A DNA stretch of 32,000 bases. It comes from Acaryochloris thomasi RCC1774 (GTDB taxonomy: Bacteria > Cyanobacteriota > Cyanobacteriia > Thermosynechococcales > Thermosynechococcaceae). The notes beneath the pieces were generated by a model. That model saw only the letters and a program-made list of their open reading frames with translations. It ran no database searches and was not told the DNA's origin. Position numbers and translations under genes: made by a program. Location of the stretch: the NCBI RefSeq assembly GCF_003231495.1, contig NZ_PQWO01000005.1, positions 120,001 to 152,000 of the forward strand. The letters run 5' to 3'. Below, piece after piece: positions 17,140-25,539 of this stretch (positions are counted from its first letter, which is position 1; each line of letters starts with the position of its first letter).

Positions 17140-17862
17140 ATGCCTTTAACCATACTTGTAGTTGACGATGACCCTGCTATTTGTTTAGCGCTCACGGACT
17201 ATCTAGAGCTGTCCGGCTATGGCGTGCTGGCGGCCCACAATGGTCGGCAAGCCTGGTCACTTGTTCAGCAGTATCGGCCTCATCTGATTGTGACGGATAT
17301 CAGGATGCCGCAGATGGATGGATTTGAACTCATGCGGCAGGTTCGTAAACAGCCTGCTTTTCGACTGATGCCGGTGATTTTTCTGACTTCTAAGACCGAG
17401 ACTTGCGATCGCATCCAAGGCTACCGAGCTGGCTGCGATCTCTACTTGCCTAAGCCCTTTGAACTCGAAGAGCTAGGGGCCGTTGTTCGTAACCTGTTAG
17501 ATCGCTCTCAAATCGTGCAGTCGGAACTGCAGGTCCAGACTCAGGTGCCACAGGCTGCTGACCTGACCTTAGACCTCACGTCCCGCGAACAGCAGGTGCT
17601 GGTTTTGCTAACTGAGGGGCTATCCAACGCTCAAATTGGCGATCATCTCCATCTCAGCCCTCGCACAATTGAGAAATACGTCAGCAAGCTGCTGCAGAAG
17701 ACTGAAACCAGCAATCGAGCAGAGATTGTGCGCTTTGCTCTCGATCATCACTTAATCGAGATTGGCAGTCACGAAGAGCCAGAGCTTAAGCCCGCTGCTC
17801 TTGAGTCAAGTAATGTAATAGACCTGCACAAGCGTCGGCCAGCAGATCAATCACGTAGGTAA
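17140..17862 (+). CDS. Response regulator, REC domain plus LuxR/NarL-type HTH
   Basis: The REC domain shows ILVVDDD, a phospho-acceptor in LIVTDIRMPQMDG, and KPF. The HTH region reads LTSREQQVLVLLTEGLSNAQIGDHLHLSPRTIEKYVSKLLQK. No adjacent histidine kinase is present. Confidence 0.85.
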   Translation: MPLTILVVDDDPAICLALTDYLELSGYGVLAAHNGRQAWSLVQQYRPHLIVTDIRMPQMDGFELMRQVRKQPAFRLMPVIFLTSKTETCDRIQGYRAGCDLYLPKPFELEELGAVVRNLLDRSQIVQSELQVQTQVPQAADLTLDLTSREQQVLVLLTEGLSNAQIGDHLHLSPRTIEKYVSKLLQKTETSNRAEIVRFALDHHLIEIGSHEEPELKPAALESSNVIDLHKRRPADQSRR

Positions 17863-18265
17863 ATCCTGAAGGACCGCCATAGTAAGGATCGGGAACATCA
17901 TGGTCGCTGTGGTTCTGACAAAATTCACATATCATTTTCAATTTATGGTGATAGCGACCCGTGCGGTCTAAGGCCAGCATCGCATCGTAGTTATCTTGGT
18001 CCATCGCTAGGATCAAATCAAATTCTTCAAAATCACTGACTTCAAACTTGCGGCTACGGCTGGTTAGTGTGAACCCCTGCTGTTGAGCTGCTGCTGACAT
18101 CCGACGGTCGGCGGGTTCGCCAATGTGGAATCCGCTAGTGCCTGCTGAATCACAAATGATCTCTTGGCTGAGACCGGCTTCTGCTATCAGGTGATTCATA
18201 ATCCCTTCTGCAGAGGGAGAGCGACAGATATTACCGAGGCAAACAAACAGGAGTTTCTGAGGCAT
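17786..18265 (-). CDS. Low-molecular-weight protein-tyrosine phosphatase
   Basis: The P-loop CLGNICRSP fits the CX5R(S/T) pattern. A DPYYG motif lies near the C-terminus. Length is 159 aa. Confidence 0.85.
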   Translation of the reverse strand: MPQKLLFVCLGNICRSPSAEGIMNHLIAEAGLSQEIICDSAGTSGFHIGEPADRRMSAAAQQQGFTLTSRSRKFEVSDFEEFDLILAMDQDNYDAMLALDRTGRYHHKLKMICEFCQNHSDHDVPDPYYGGPSGFTYVIDLLADACAGLLHYLTQEQRA

Positions 18266-18273
18266 TAGGTTTC

Positions 18274-19749
18274 CTAGAGGTCGACAGGAGAAAACACGTG
18301 AGGTGTAAACGTTCCATGTAAACCATAGGGGACATGGTGGGTCAAATGTAAGCGGGCCACTGGACCCTGACTGATATTCTCTCCATCTAGGATGAGCAGT
18401 TGAGAGCGATGGTTGGCTGCGTTGTAGATGAGGCTCAAAATCCAGCCTGCATCTTCACGGTCGGCCTCTGCTTTAGGAACAAAGATGGGTTCACCAACGA
18501 AGCCCTCGGGGGCCGCACTCCACTGCTCTTGATCGCCGGACTTTAGGTCAAGCTTGAGAATGGACTGTAGCGGCGCATTGCGAGTGCTGGTATGGGTTGC
18601 TCCGATAAAGAGATATTGGTAGGGATGGCTGGCCTTGGCCGGGTTGAGGGTTGGGAACTCACAGCTATGTTGGGTGATGCATTCTCGCTGCACGGTCTGA
18701 GCCTCTGGATCGATTGTGAATCGCCAAAGTTGACCGCTGGGAACGGTGTCAAAATCGATTTCTCGAAATTCTTGACCCGCATCCAGGGATGGAAAGGTGT
18801 CGTAGCAAACGGAATCAACGATAACCTTTCCATCTTGATCGAAGGAATTGGCGTGGTGAAAGACGAAGCAGGCATCTGTCGTGAGTTTCTGGACGGGTTG
18901 CTGAGCATCGCGTGGAATCAGCCAGATCTTTGTCGGTTGGCTGGGCTGAAACTCTAAACATTCCCCTGCGCCCTTGAGGCCCACTAAGAAAGGAAAAGGA
19001 TTTAATGTGACCGGGTTCTGAAAAAAGATGTAGTAATGCTCCGTGACCGCAAAGTCATGGATAAAGGCAAAACCAGGAATAGTGTGCTTGCGCTCAGCGA
19101 CGCATTTCCCGGCTTCATCGAACTCATACACCGTGATACTAGTAATCGGACCGGACTGGACCGAGAAGTTCACGAGTCTGGAGCCATCGGTTCCGGGCAC
19201 AATGCGGGGGTGAGCTGAGAAGGGAGTCTTGGGCTTTAGTAGCCCAGAGAGGTCGTCTAAACCGATAGTTTCTAGGGTTGCGGGGTCGAGTCGGTAGGGC
19301 TGATCGGCTTCCCAAAGGGCAAGGAGCTTGCCGCCCCAGTAAATGACGTTGGTGTTGGCAATATTTTTAAAGTTGAGATCGAAGGCGTTTGCCATCCAGC
19401 CGCCAGGTTTTTGGGTGCCGAAGACGCCTCGGTAGAGGATCTTGCCTGCAGCCTGCTCGGCGACGTAGCCCTCGGTGCGGACAAAGCGATTGCGAAAGTG
19501 AGCGCGCCCTTGGTCAAATGTAATGGCGCAAATCATACCGTCACCGTCAAAGGGATGATGTAGTAGCTCTCCATTGACGTCTAGCATCCCTGGGCCGTTG
19601 CGGAAGAGAGTGCCTTGCAGATCGGCCGGAATTTGGCCGTCAATCTCGTCAATCCAGTAGGAGTACTCTTCCTTCAGAGACTGGTGACCGCCTTGCCAGT
19701 TTTGGAGACTGTAGCTGCGATCTAGGGTGCTTGAAGCGCTAGTTGTCAT
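18274..19749 (-). CDS. Carotenoid cleavage oxygenase (apocarotenoid-15,15'-oxygenase-like, RPE65/CCO family)
   Basis: Four-His iron ligand contexts are present: HHPFDGDGM, FIHDFAVTEHYYIF, FHHANSF and GLHGTF. The start is taken at MTTSASS (ATG 19749, 491 aa), not the track's 19857. Confidence 0.85.
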   Translation of the reverse strand: MTTSASSTLDRSYSLQNWQGGHQSLKEEYSYWIDEIDGQIPADLQGTLFRNGPGMLDVNGELLHHPFDGDGMICAITFDQGRAHFRNRFVRTEGYVAEQAAGKILYRGVFGTQKPGGWMANAFDLNFKNIANTNVIYWGGKLLALWEADQPYRLDPATLETIGLDDLSGLLKPKTPFSAHPRIVPGTDGSRLVNFSVQSGPITSITVYEFDEAGKCVAERKHTIPGFAFIHDFAVTEHYYIFFQNPVTLNPFPFLVGLKGAGECLEFQPSQPTKIWLIPRDAQQPVQKLTTDACFVFHHANSFDQDGKVIVDSVCYDTFPSLDAGQEFREIDFDTVPSGQLWRFTIDPEAQTVQRECITQHSCEFPTLNPAKASHPYQYLFIGATHTSTRNAPLQSILKLDLKSGDQEQWSAAPEGFVGEPIFVPKAEADREDAGWILSLIYNAANHRSQLLILDGENISQGPVARLHLTHHVPYGLHGTFTPHVFSPVDL

Positions 19750-20222
19750 ATCTAATGAAGCGATGGGTGAACCAGGGGCATTTTGCAAAACAAAGATGTC
19801 ACGAGTGGAAGCTAAAAATCTTCGTTGCAAATATTCTAACTCTTTAACAAAAATCAATATTAATGCGTGGTACTTTCGCAGCCCATGAGGAACTTGGGGC
19901 GCGTCGATTGACCCTCACGTGTTTCTGAGACACCTAAGGGCGACCTTCGAGCCAGCGTTTCTGAAAGGTCTGCGCCGATAGAATGTGGCTTTTCTGTTGT
20001 GAGAATTTCCTCATGAAACTCTTCTCACACATATCTAATGCCGGATTCATTGCAAGTGGCGAATGTGTAGATATTGAATCCCGATAGCGGCTGCTACGGA
20101 CAATTTTTTAGGGTGTGTGCCATTCGATGATGCCCCACGCTCGCCCATCTCCTTTGTTTATCTCTAAAAAGTACTGAAGCCATTGCAAATCAGTGCTTCA
20201 GCCCCTCACTGAGGAACGTCCT

Positions 20223-21431
20223 ATGAGATTAATGGTTTATTCCCATGATGCCTTTGGATTGGGAAATCTCCGCCGAATGCTTGCTATTTGTGAGCACCTG
20301 CTGCAGCATTGGCAAAATCTTTCAATTCTGTTGGTCTCTGGTTCTCCGATGCTGCAGGGGTTTCGGCTCCCTGAAGGGTTGGACTATATCAAGCTGCCCT
20401 GTCTTAGTCGCGGTGTATCTGGCGATCTATCGGCAAAATATCTTAAAACCACAGCTGATGAAACGATTGTCTTTCGATCTCATCTGATTCTGTCTGCAGC
20501 CAAGCACTTCAAGCCCGACCTGCTGCTGGTCGATAAAAAGCCCTACGGTATCCAGCAGGAATTGGCACATACCCTTGCCTATATGGAGCGAAAACTGCCG
20601 CAGTCTAAGTGCGTTTTGCTGCTGCGGGATATTCTCGACGCACCAGAGAAAATGAGGCAGGAGTGGCTGACCCAGGGATATTACCAAGCCATACAGGTCC
20701 ACTACGATCAGGTGCTGGTGGTGGGAATGCCGGAGGTCTTTGATCTGGCTCAGGAATATCAGTTCCCGCTCCCGGCAGCGCGTAAAGTTCGCTACTGCGG
20801 CTATATTCGCAAGCCCTTCTGTCGCCCTCAACGCTTTGAAGTTCGTCGATTTCTGCGGCTGAGTCCTGCTGAAACGCTGGTGCTGGTCACCCCCGGTGGC
20901 GGTGAGGATGGCTTGCCCTTAGTCGAAGCTTATTTGCAGGGACTTCGAACCATTGACCCGGCTATCAAACTCCGCAGCCTGATTCTTTGCGGGCCTGAGA
21001 TGCCTGTTGAGCAGCAGGCAATCCTCCAAAAAATGGCTGAGCCGCTGCTCGGCGTCACGTTGGAGGTTTTCACTGATAACCTATTAGGCTACCTCAGTGC
21101 GGCTGATGTCGTGGTGGCGATGGGGGGATACAACACATTGACTGAAATCTTGGCCCTGAATAAACGGGCGGTTGTGGTGCCTCGAACCTCACCATCGCAA
21201 GAGCAGCTAATTCGCATGGAGCGGTTTATGCAGCGAGGACTGGTGCAGGGGATTCATCCCGAAGTGCTGACCCCGCGATCGCTTCTTTCTGCCGTGCTTG
21301 ACCCCATTGATCCTGCTAGAACACCCGCTCAGCCGCTTAATTTTGGCGGTTTACCTCAGATTTCTCACTATCTTTCAGAGCTGGTTTCGCCGTCACCTGC
21401 CTGTCCTTTGACTGGTTTGCTTACGGTCTGA
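20223..21431 (+). CDS. GT-B glycosyltransferase, MurG/GT28-C-terminal-like (COG4671-type), paralog A
   Basis: N-terminus MRLMVYSHDAFGLGNLRRMLAICEHL. It has the Gly loop VTPGGGEDG and the nucleotide-sugar motif GGYNTLTEIL...VVVPR...EQLIR. The start is chosen by alignment with paralogs B and C. Confidence 0.7.
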   Translation: MRLMVYSHDAFGLGNLRRMLAICEHLLQHWQNLSILLVSGSPMLQGFRLPEGLDYIKLPCLSRGVSGDLSAKYLKTTADETIVFRSHLILSAAKHFKPDLLLVDKKPYGIQQELAHTLAYMERKLPQSKCVLLLRDILDAPEKMRQEWLTQGYYQAIQVHYDQVLVVGMPEVFDLAQEYQFPLPAARKVRYCGYIRKPFCRPQRFEVRRFLRLSPAETLVLVTPGGGEDGLPLVEAYLQGLRTIDPAIKLRSLILCGPEMPVEQQAILQKMAEPLLGVTLEVFTDNLLGYLSAADVVVAMGGYNTLTEILALNKRAVVVPRTSPSQEQLIRMERFMQRGLVQGIHPEVLTPRSLLSAVLDPIDPARTPAQPLNFGGLPQISHYLSELVSPSPACPLTGLLTV

Positions 21432-21460
21432 TGTTTTTTGAAAAACGGAGGCTCTGCGTT

Positions 21461-21507
21461 GGCCCCCCAGTCCCCCAATTCTGAGGGGAAAGTCTCAACG
21501 ATTTCGG
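21461..21507 (+). repeat. GC-rich palindromic dispersed repeat, copy 1 (degenerate)
   Basis: ggccccccagtcccccaattctgaggggaaagtctcaacga, located 30 nt after the GT paralog A stop. Confidence 0.65.
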
Positions 21508-21538
21508 TTTATGTCATGCACTTTTGAGGAGATTCAGG

Positions 21539-22726
21539 ATGAAAAAGCTTATGTTTTACTGCCAGCACATTCTGGGGATGGGGCATTTGATCCGCAGTAT
21601 GGAAATTGTTCGGGGACTGACCGATCAGTTTCAGGTGTGCTTTATCAATGGCGGTGAGGTCATTCAGGGCTTTCCGGTTCCGGCTGCGGTTCAGGTGGTC
21701 AACTTGCCGGGTATCAAGACCGATCGTGAATTTCGAGAGCTGCAGCCAGTGGATCCGCATAGGAATTTAGGGGAGGTGGAATGCGATCGCAAGTCCCAAC
21801 TCCTGCAAACCCTAGAGCAATTTCAACCGGATGTACTGGTGGTGGAACTGTTTCCCTTTGGCCGTCGCCGGTTTTCCTTTGAGCTGATTCCGCTGATGGA
21901 GGCGGCTAAGGAACGGGGTGTCAGAATTGTCAGCAGCCTGCGAGATATTGTGGTCACCAAGCAGGATCAAGCCAAGCATGAGGCCAAGATCTGTCGCCTC
22001 ATGAATCAATATTTTGATCAACTTTTGATTCACGGCGATCCGAATCTGCATCCGTTAGAGGACAGCTTTTCAAGAGTGAAAGATCTGGACTGTGAGGTTC
22101 ACTACACCGGCTACGTTGTCCAGAAGCCGCAGAGTCGCCTGACGCTGCTCGATCAGATGGCCCTAAATCGGACGGAGCCGATGATTGTGGTGAGTGTCGG
22201 CGGCGGTCGCTTCGGTCACTCTCTATTGTGGGGGATGGTCAGGGCTGCTGAATGGCTATCAGAACGTATTCCCCATCATATTCAAGTGTTTGCGGGGCCT
22301 TTTGTTCCTGATGATGTGTTTTGGGATTTGAAACAGGCGGGGCAGGACTTTTCTAATCTAACGATCCATCGCTATACCCCGAATCTGCTGGCCTACATGC
22401 AGCAGGCGGACCTCTCGGTCAACATGGCGGGCTACAACACGACGATGAATATTCTGACAACGGGCGTGCGGGCACTGATGCTGCCGTTCACCGGCAATGA
22501 TGACCAAGAGCAAACAATGCGGGTGCGGCGATTAGAGCAGTTGGGTCGCGTGCAGATGCTTAAAGAAACTGACGTGACGCCGGAGCGTTTAGCCCAGCGG
22601 GTGCAGGATGCGCTACTTCAGCAGCCCCAAGTCATTGGCTTTGATCTTGATGGGGTTGAGAAGACAGCGATGTTGGTGCGATCGCTTTTTGAGCAGAGCG
22701 ATCGGGCGTCCTTGGTTGCGGCTTAG
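21539..22726 (+). CDS. GT-B glycosyltransferase, MurG/GT28-C-terminal-like, paralog B
   Basis: MKKLMFYCQHILGMGHLIRSMEIVRGL, VSVGGGRFG, AGYNTTMNIL...LPF...DQEQTMR. A GAGGAG SD at 21525-21530 precedes the ATG at 21539. Confidence 0.7.
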   Translation: MKKLMFYCQHILGMGHLIRSMEIVRGLTDQFQVCFINGGEVIQGFPVPAAVQVVNLPGIKTDREFRELQPVDPHRNLGEVECDRKSQLLQTLEQFQPDVLVVELFPFGRRRFSFELIPLMEAAKERGVRIVSSLRDIVVTKQDQAKHEAKICRLMNQYFDQLLIHGDPNLHPLEDSFSRVKDLDCEVHYTGYVVQKPQSRLTLLDQMALNRTEPMIVVSVGGGRFGHSLLWGMVRAAEWLSERIPHHIQVFAGPFVPDDVFWDLKQAGQDFSNLTIHRYTPNLLAYMQQADLSVNMAGYNTTMNILTTGVRALMLPFTGNDDQEQTMRVRRLEQLGRVQMLKETDVTPERLAQRVQDALLQQPQVIGFDLDGVEKTAMLVRSLFEQSDRASLVAA

Positions 22727-22732
22727 AGACTG

Positions 22733-22782
22733 CATTGCCCCCCGGCCACCCAATTCTGGGGGAAAAGTGCCGAAAGATTGGG
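22733..22782 (+). repeat. GC-rich palindromic dispersed repeat, copy 2
   Basis: cattgccccccggccacccaattctgggggaaaagtgccgaaagattgg, located 7 nt after the GT paralog B stop. Confidence 0.7.
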
Positions 22783-22825
22783 TTGCTTTCCCACGATTGA
22801 TGGAAGTGAATTCGAGTTGATTGTT

Positions 22826-24004
22826 ATGAAAAAGATTTTGTTTTATTGCCAGTATCTAGCGGGTATGGGACACCTTGTCCGCAGTACTGAAATTATTCGC
22901 AGTTTAGTCAAAGACTTTCAGGTTTGCCTTGTGATTGGAGGAGAGCCGATTACTGGCTTCACTGTTCCTTCAGGGGCTGAGGTCGTCTATTTGCCTGCAT
23001 TGCGAGAGGATGCCGGTGAACTAATCGCTTTTGGGCAGTCTCTTGAGTCGATCAAAGCTAGGCGTATTGAACGGCTCTTATTGGTGTGTGACCAGTTTCA
23101 GCCGGACTGTGTGATTACGGAATGCTTTCCCTTCAGTAAGTACAAGATGTCTTTTGAGCTAGTGCCGCTGCTGGAGTGGGCCAAAGCTGCTCAGGTGAAG
23201 GTGGTCTGTAGCCTCAGAGATCTGGTGATGACTCAGAAGATGAGCGAGAAAGGAATGGTCAGAAAAAAGGCCAGAATCCATGACCAGATTTGTCGGTACT
23301 ATGATTTGGTTTTGTATCATTGCGATCGCAACCTCCAGCCTCTAGACGCTTGTTTCCCTACCGCTGCCGATCTTGACTGCGAAGTGTTCTACACCGGCTA
23401 TGTCGCGCAAGCGCCCTCATTGATGCTGCAAGAGAAGATACAGGGACCCAGCATCGTCGCCAGCGTCGGGGGTGGGAGAGATGGCTACCCCTTGCTCAAA
23501 GCCGTCATCGGAGCTAGCCCTCTGCTAACGGACGCGATTCCCCATCACATTTATGCGTTTGCCGGCCCCTTCATGCCGGTGTCGCAGTTTGAAGCGCTTC
23601 AGGCTCTGGCTGCGACGAAATCTAACCTAACGCTGCGTCGCTTTACGCCCAATCTGATCAGCTCTTTATTGCAGGCAGATCTCTCCATTAGCTTGGGGGG
23701 GTACAACACGACGATGAATGTGCTCAGAACGCATGTCCGATCGCTGATCGTGCCGTCGCCTTCAGTCGATCAAGCCGATGAGCAACGGTCACGTGCGGCC
23801 TTACTCGCGCAGAGAAACATCGTGGATCTTTTGACTGCAAGGCAGTTGTCTCCCTATGCGCTGGCCTATGCCATTCTCCGGCGTTTAGCGCAGCCCAAAC
23901 CTACTCATGCCATCAATCTTGAGGGGGCCCGAAATGCATCTGAGCGGTTGCGATCGCTTCTCTATAAAGCTCCTTCTAAGCGACAGATTACTACTGCAGC
24001 GTAA
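22826..24004 (+). CDS. GT-B glycosyltransferase, MurG/GT28-C-terminal-like, paralog C
   Basis: MKKILFYCQYLAGMGHLVRSTEIIRSL, ASVGGGRDG, GGYNTTMNVL...VPS...DEQRSR. By eye it is roughly 45% identical to paralog B. Confidence 0.7.
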   Translation: MKKILFYCQYLAGMGHLVRSTEIIRSLVKDFQVCLVIGGEPITGFTVPSGAEVVYLPALREDAGELIAFGQSLESIKARRIERLLLVCDQFQPDCVITECFPFSKYKMSFELVPLLEWAKAAQVKVVCSLRDLVMTQKMSEKGMVRKKARIHDQICRYYDLVLYHCDRNLQPLDACFPTAADLDCEVFYTGYVAQAPSLMLQEKIQGPSIVASVGGGRDGYPLLKAVIGASPLLTDAIPHHIYAFAGPFMPVSQFEALQALAATKSNLTLRRFTPNLISSLLQADLSISLGGYNTTMNVLRTHVRSLIVPSPSVDQADEQRSRAALLAQRNIVDLLTARQLSPYALAYAILRRLAQPKPTHAINLEGARNASERLRSLLYKAPSKRQITTAA

Positions 24005-24072
24005 GTTAGCTTTCCGAGCTATTTCTCAATAGCCACAGGTAGTCATCGTTCTGATTTGAGCATTCAATTCTG

Positions 24073-24124
24073 TATTGGCCCCCCCGGCCCCCCAATTTTG
24101 GGGGGAGAGTGCCCAAAATCTGGA
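24073..24124 (+). repeat. GC-rich palindromic dispersed repeat, copy 3
   Basis: tattggcccccccggccccccaattttggggggagagtgcccaaaatctgg, located about 70 nt after the GT paralog C stop. Confidence 0.75.
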
Positions 24125-24260
24125 GTGAGTTCTTCAAAGAGTTTAGGGACAAAAGAATTTTAAAGTCCCCCAGCACGGGGGGTGAGGGGCCAGCGCAAAA
24201 GCTACAGCCACTTATACAAGAAGCCCAATCAACGCTTCATTACGTCTTGAGGAACCCATC

Positions 24261-25472
24261 ATGAAACCTAAAGTTTGTATGACCGCTCTAGAATTTCCGC
24301 CTGATATTGGGGGAGTGGGTGAGTCTGTTCAGCGAATTGCCCATATGCTGATGGACCTTGGCTATGACGTGCATGTTGCTGTCTTCCGGGCTGTGTTTCG
24401 CGATCAGCGGGCAATGGCGGCAGCGGGCGAATTCCAGCGCCAGAGCTGCCACACCACGATGCAGGAAGGGGTGACGGTTCACCGTCTCAAGCCTGCGGTT
24501 CGGTCAATTCAAGCGAAGGAACAGGATTATTTTTGTGATCTGTACGGACAGCTCCAGAGTTTACATCGGCAATATCAGTTTGATGTACTCCATGCGTTCT
24601 TTATCAATGAAATGGGGTTTCTCACCACTCTTTTGGGACAAGAAGAAGTTATTCCCATCATTAATAGCGTGCGCGGGGCTGATCTGCACAAGCATCTGTT
24701 TAGCCCGCAGCAGTTTGGTCAGATTGTCTGGACTTTAGAAAACTCGACCTGGACAACGTTTGTAAGCCAAGGGTTGATGCATCGCGCCCGTACTTTGGTG
24801 CCCGGGATTACAGATAAGTCTTCTGCGTTTTGGAATGCGATCGCACCTCTCGATTTCAGCAACTTACCCCAGCCTCCACTGGTCCATCGCCTCCAGGGAA
24901 CCGTCATTGGCTCAGTCGGCAGCTTCCGTGACAAGAAGGGGCTGGAGTATTTACTCGATGCCTGTCAATCTCTGCAAGGTCAACCCCTGACGCTGTTATT
25001 GGTTGGTGATTTTGTCGAAAAAGAGCGCGAATACTGGATGCAAGAGATCGAAAGCTGCCTGGCCTGTCAGGTTCTGGTTACGGGCAAAGTGAGTCACGAC
25101 GAAGCTTTGGCCTATCTCCCCCATATTGATATCTTTGCGATTCCGTCACTCCATGATGGCTGCCCCAACGCCATGTTAGAGGCTATGCTGGCCGCCCGAC
25201 CCGTGGTGGGGACAAGCGTCGATGCCATTGGAGAAATTCTGGAAGATGGCGTTAATGGACGGGTCGTTAATCCTGCTGATGCTGAGGGACTCGCCAGCGC
25301 TCTGCAGCAACTGATCGATCAGCCTCTTCTACGTGAGCAACTGGGACGGGCCGCTCAAGAGACTGTGCTGCAGCGGTTGACGCCAGCCATTGAGCAACAG
25401 AACTGGCAGCAGGTTTATCAGCAAGCCTTAAACATCCCTGCCGATATCGAAAGGATTTTGTCCGTGGTTTAG
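24261..25472 (+). CDS. Glycosyltransferase family 4 (GT-B, group 1)
   Basis: The N-terminus has PPDIGGVGESV. The C-terminal EX7E-type region reads PSLHDGCPNAMLEAMLAARPVVGTSVDAIGEILEDGVNGRVV. Confidence 0.85.
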   Translation: MKPKVCMTALEFPPDIGGVGESVQRIAHMLMDLGYDVHVAVFRAVFRDQRAMAAAGEFQRQSCHTTMQEGVTVHRLKPAVRSIQAKEQDYFCDLYGQLQSLHRQYQFDVLHAFFINEMGFLTTLLGQEEVIPIINSVRGADLHKHLFSPQQFGQIVWTLENSTWTTFVSQGLMHRARTLVPGITDKSSAFWNAIAPLDFSNLPQPPLVHRLQGTVIGSVGSFRDKKGLEYLLDACQSLQGQPLTLLLVGDFVEKEREYWMQEIESCLACQVLVTGKVSHDEALAYLPHIDIFAIPSLHDGCPNAMLEAMLAARPVVGTSVDAIGEILEDGVNGRVVNPADAEGLASALQQLIDQPLLREQLGRAAQETVLQRLTPAIEQQNWQQVYQQALNIPADIERILSVV

Positions 25473-25539
25473 TGAGAACGTCCTTCATTTTTCTCTTTGT
25501 TTTCTTCAGAATTTCTGCAATGGTCAGGAGCAAACCACA

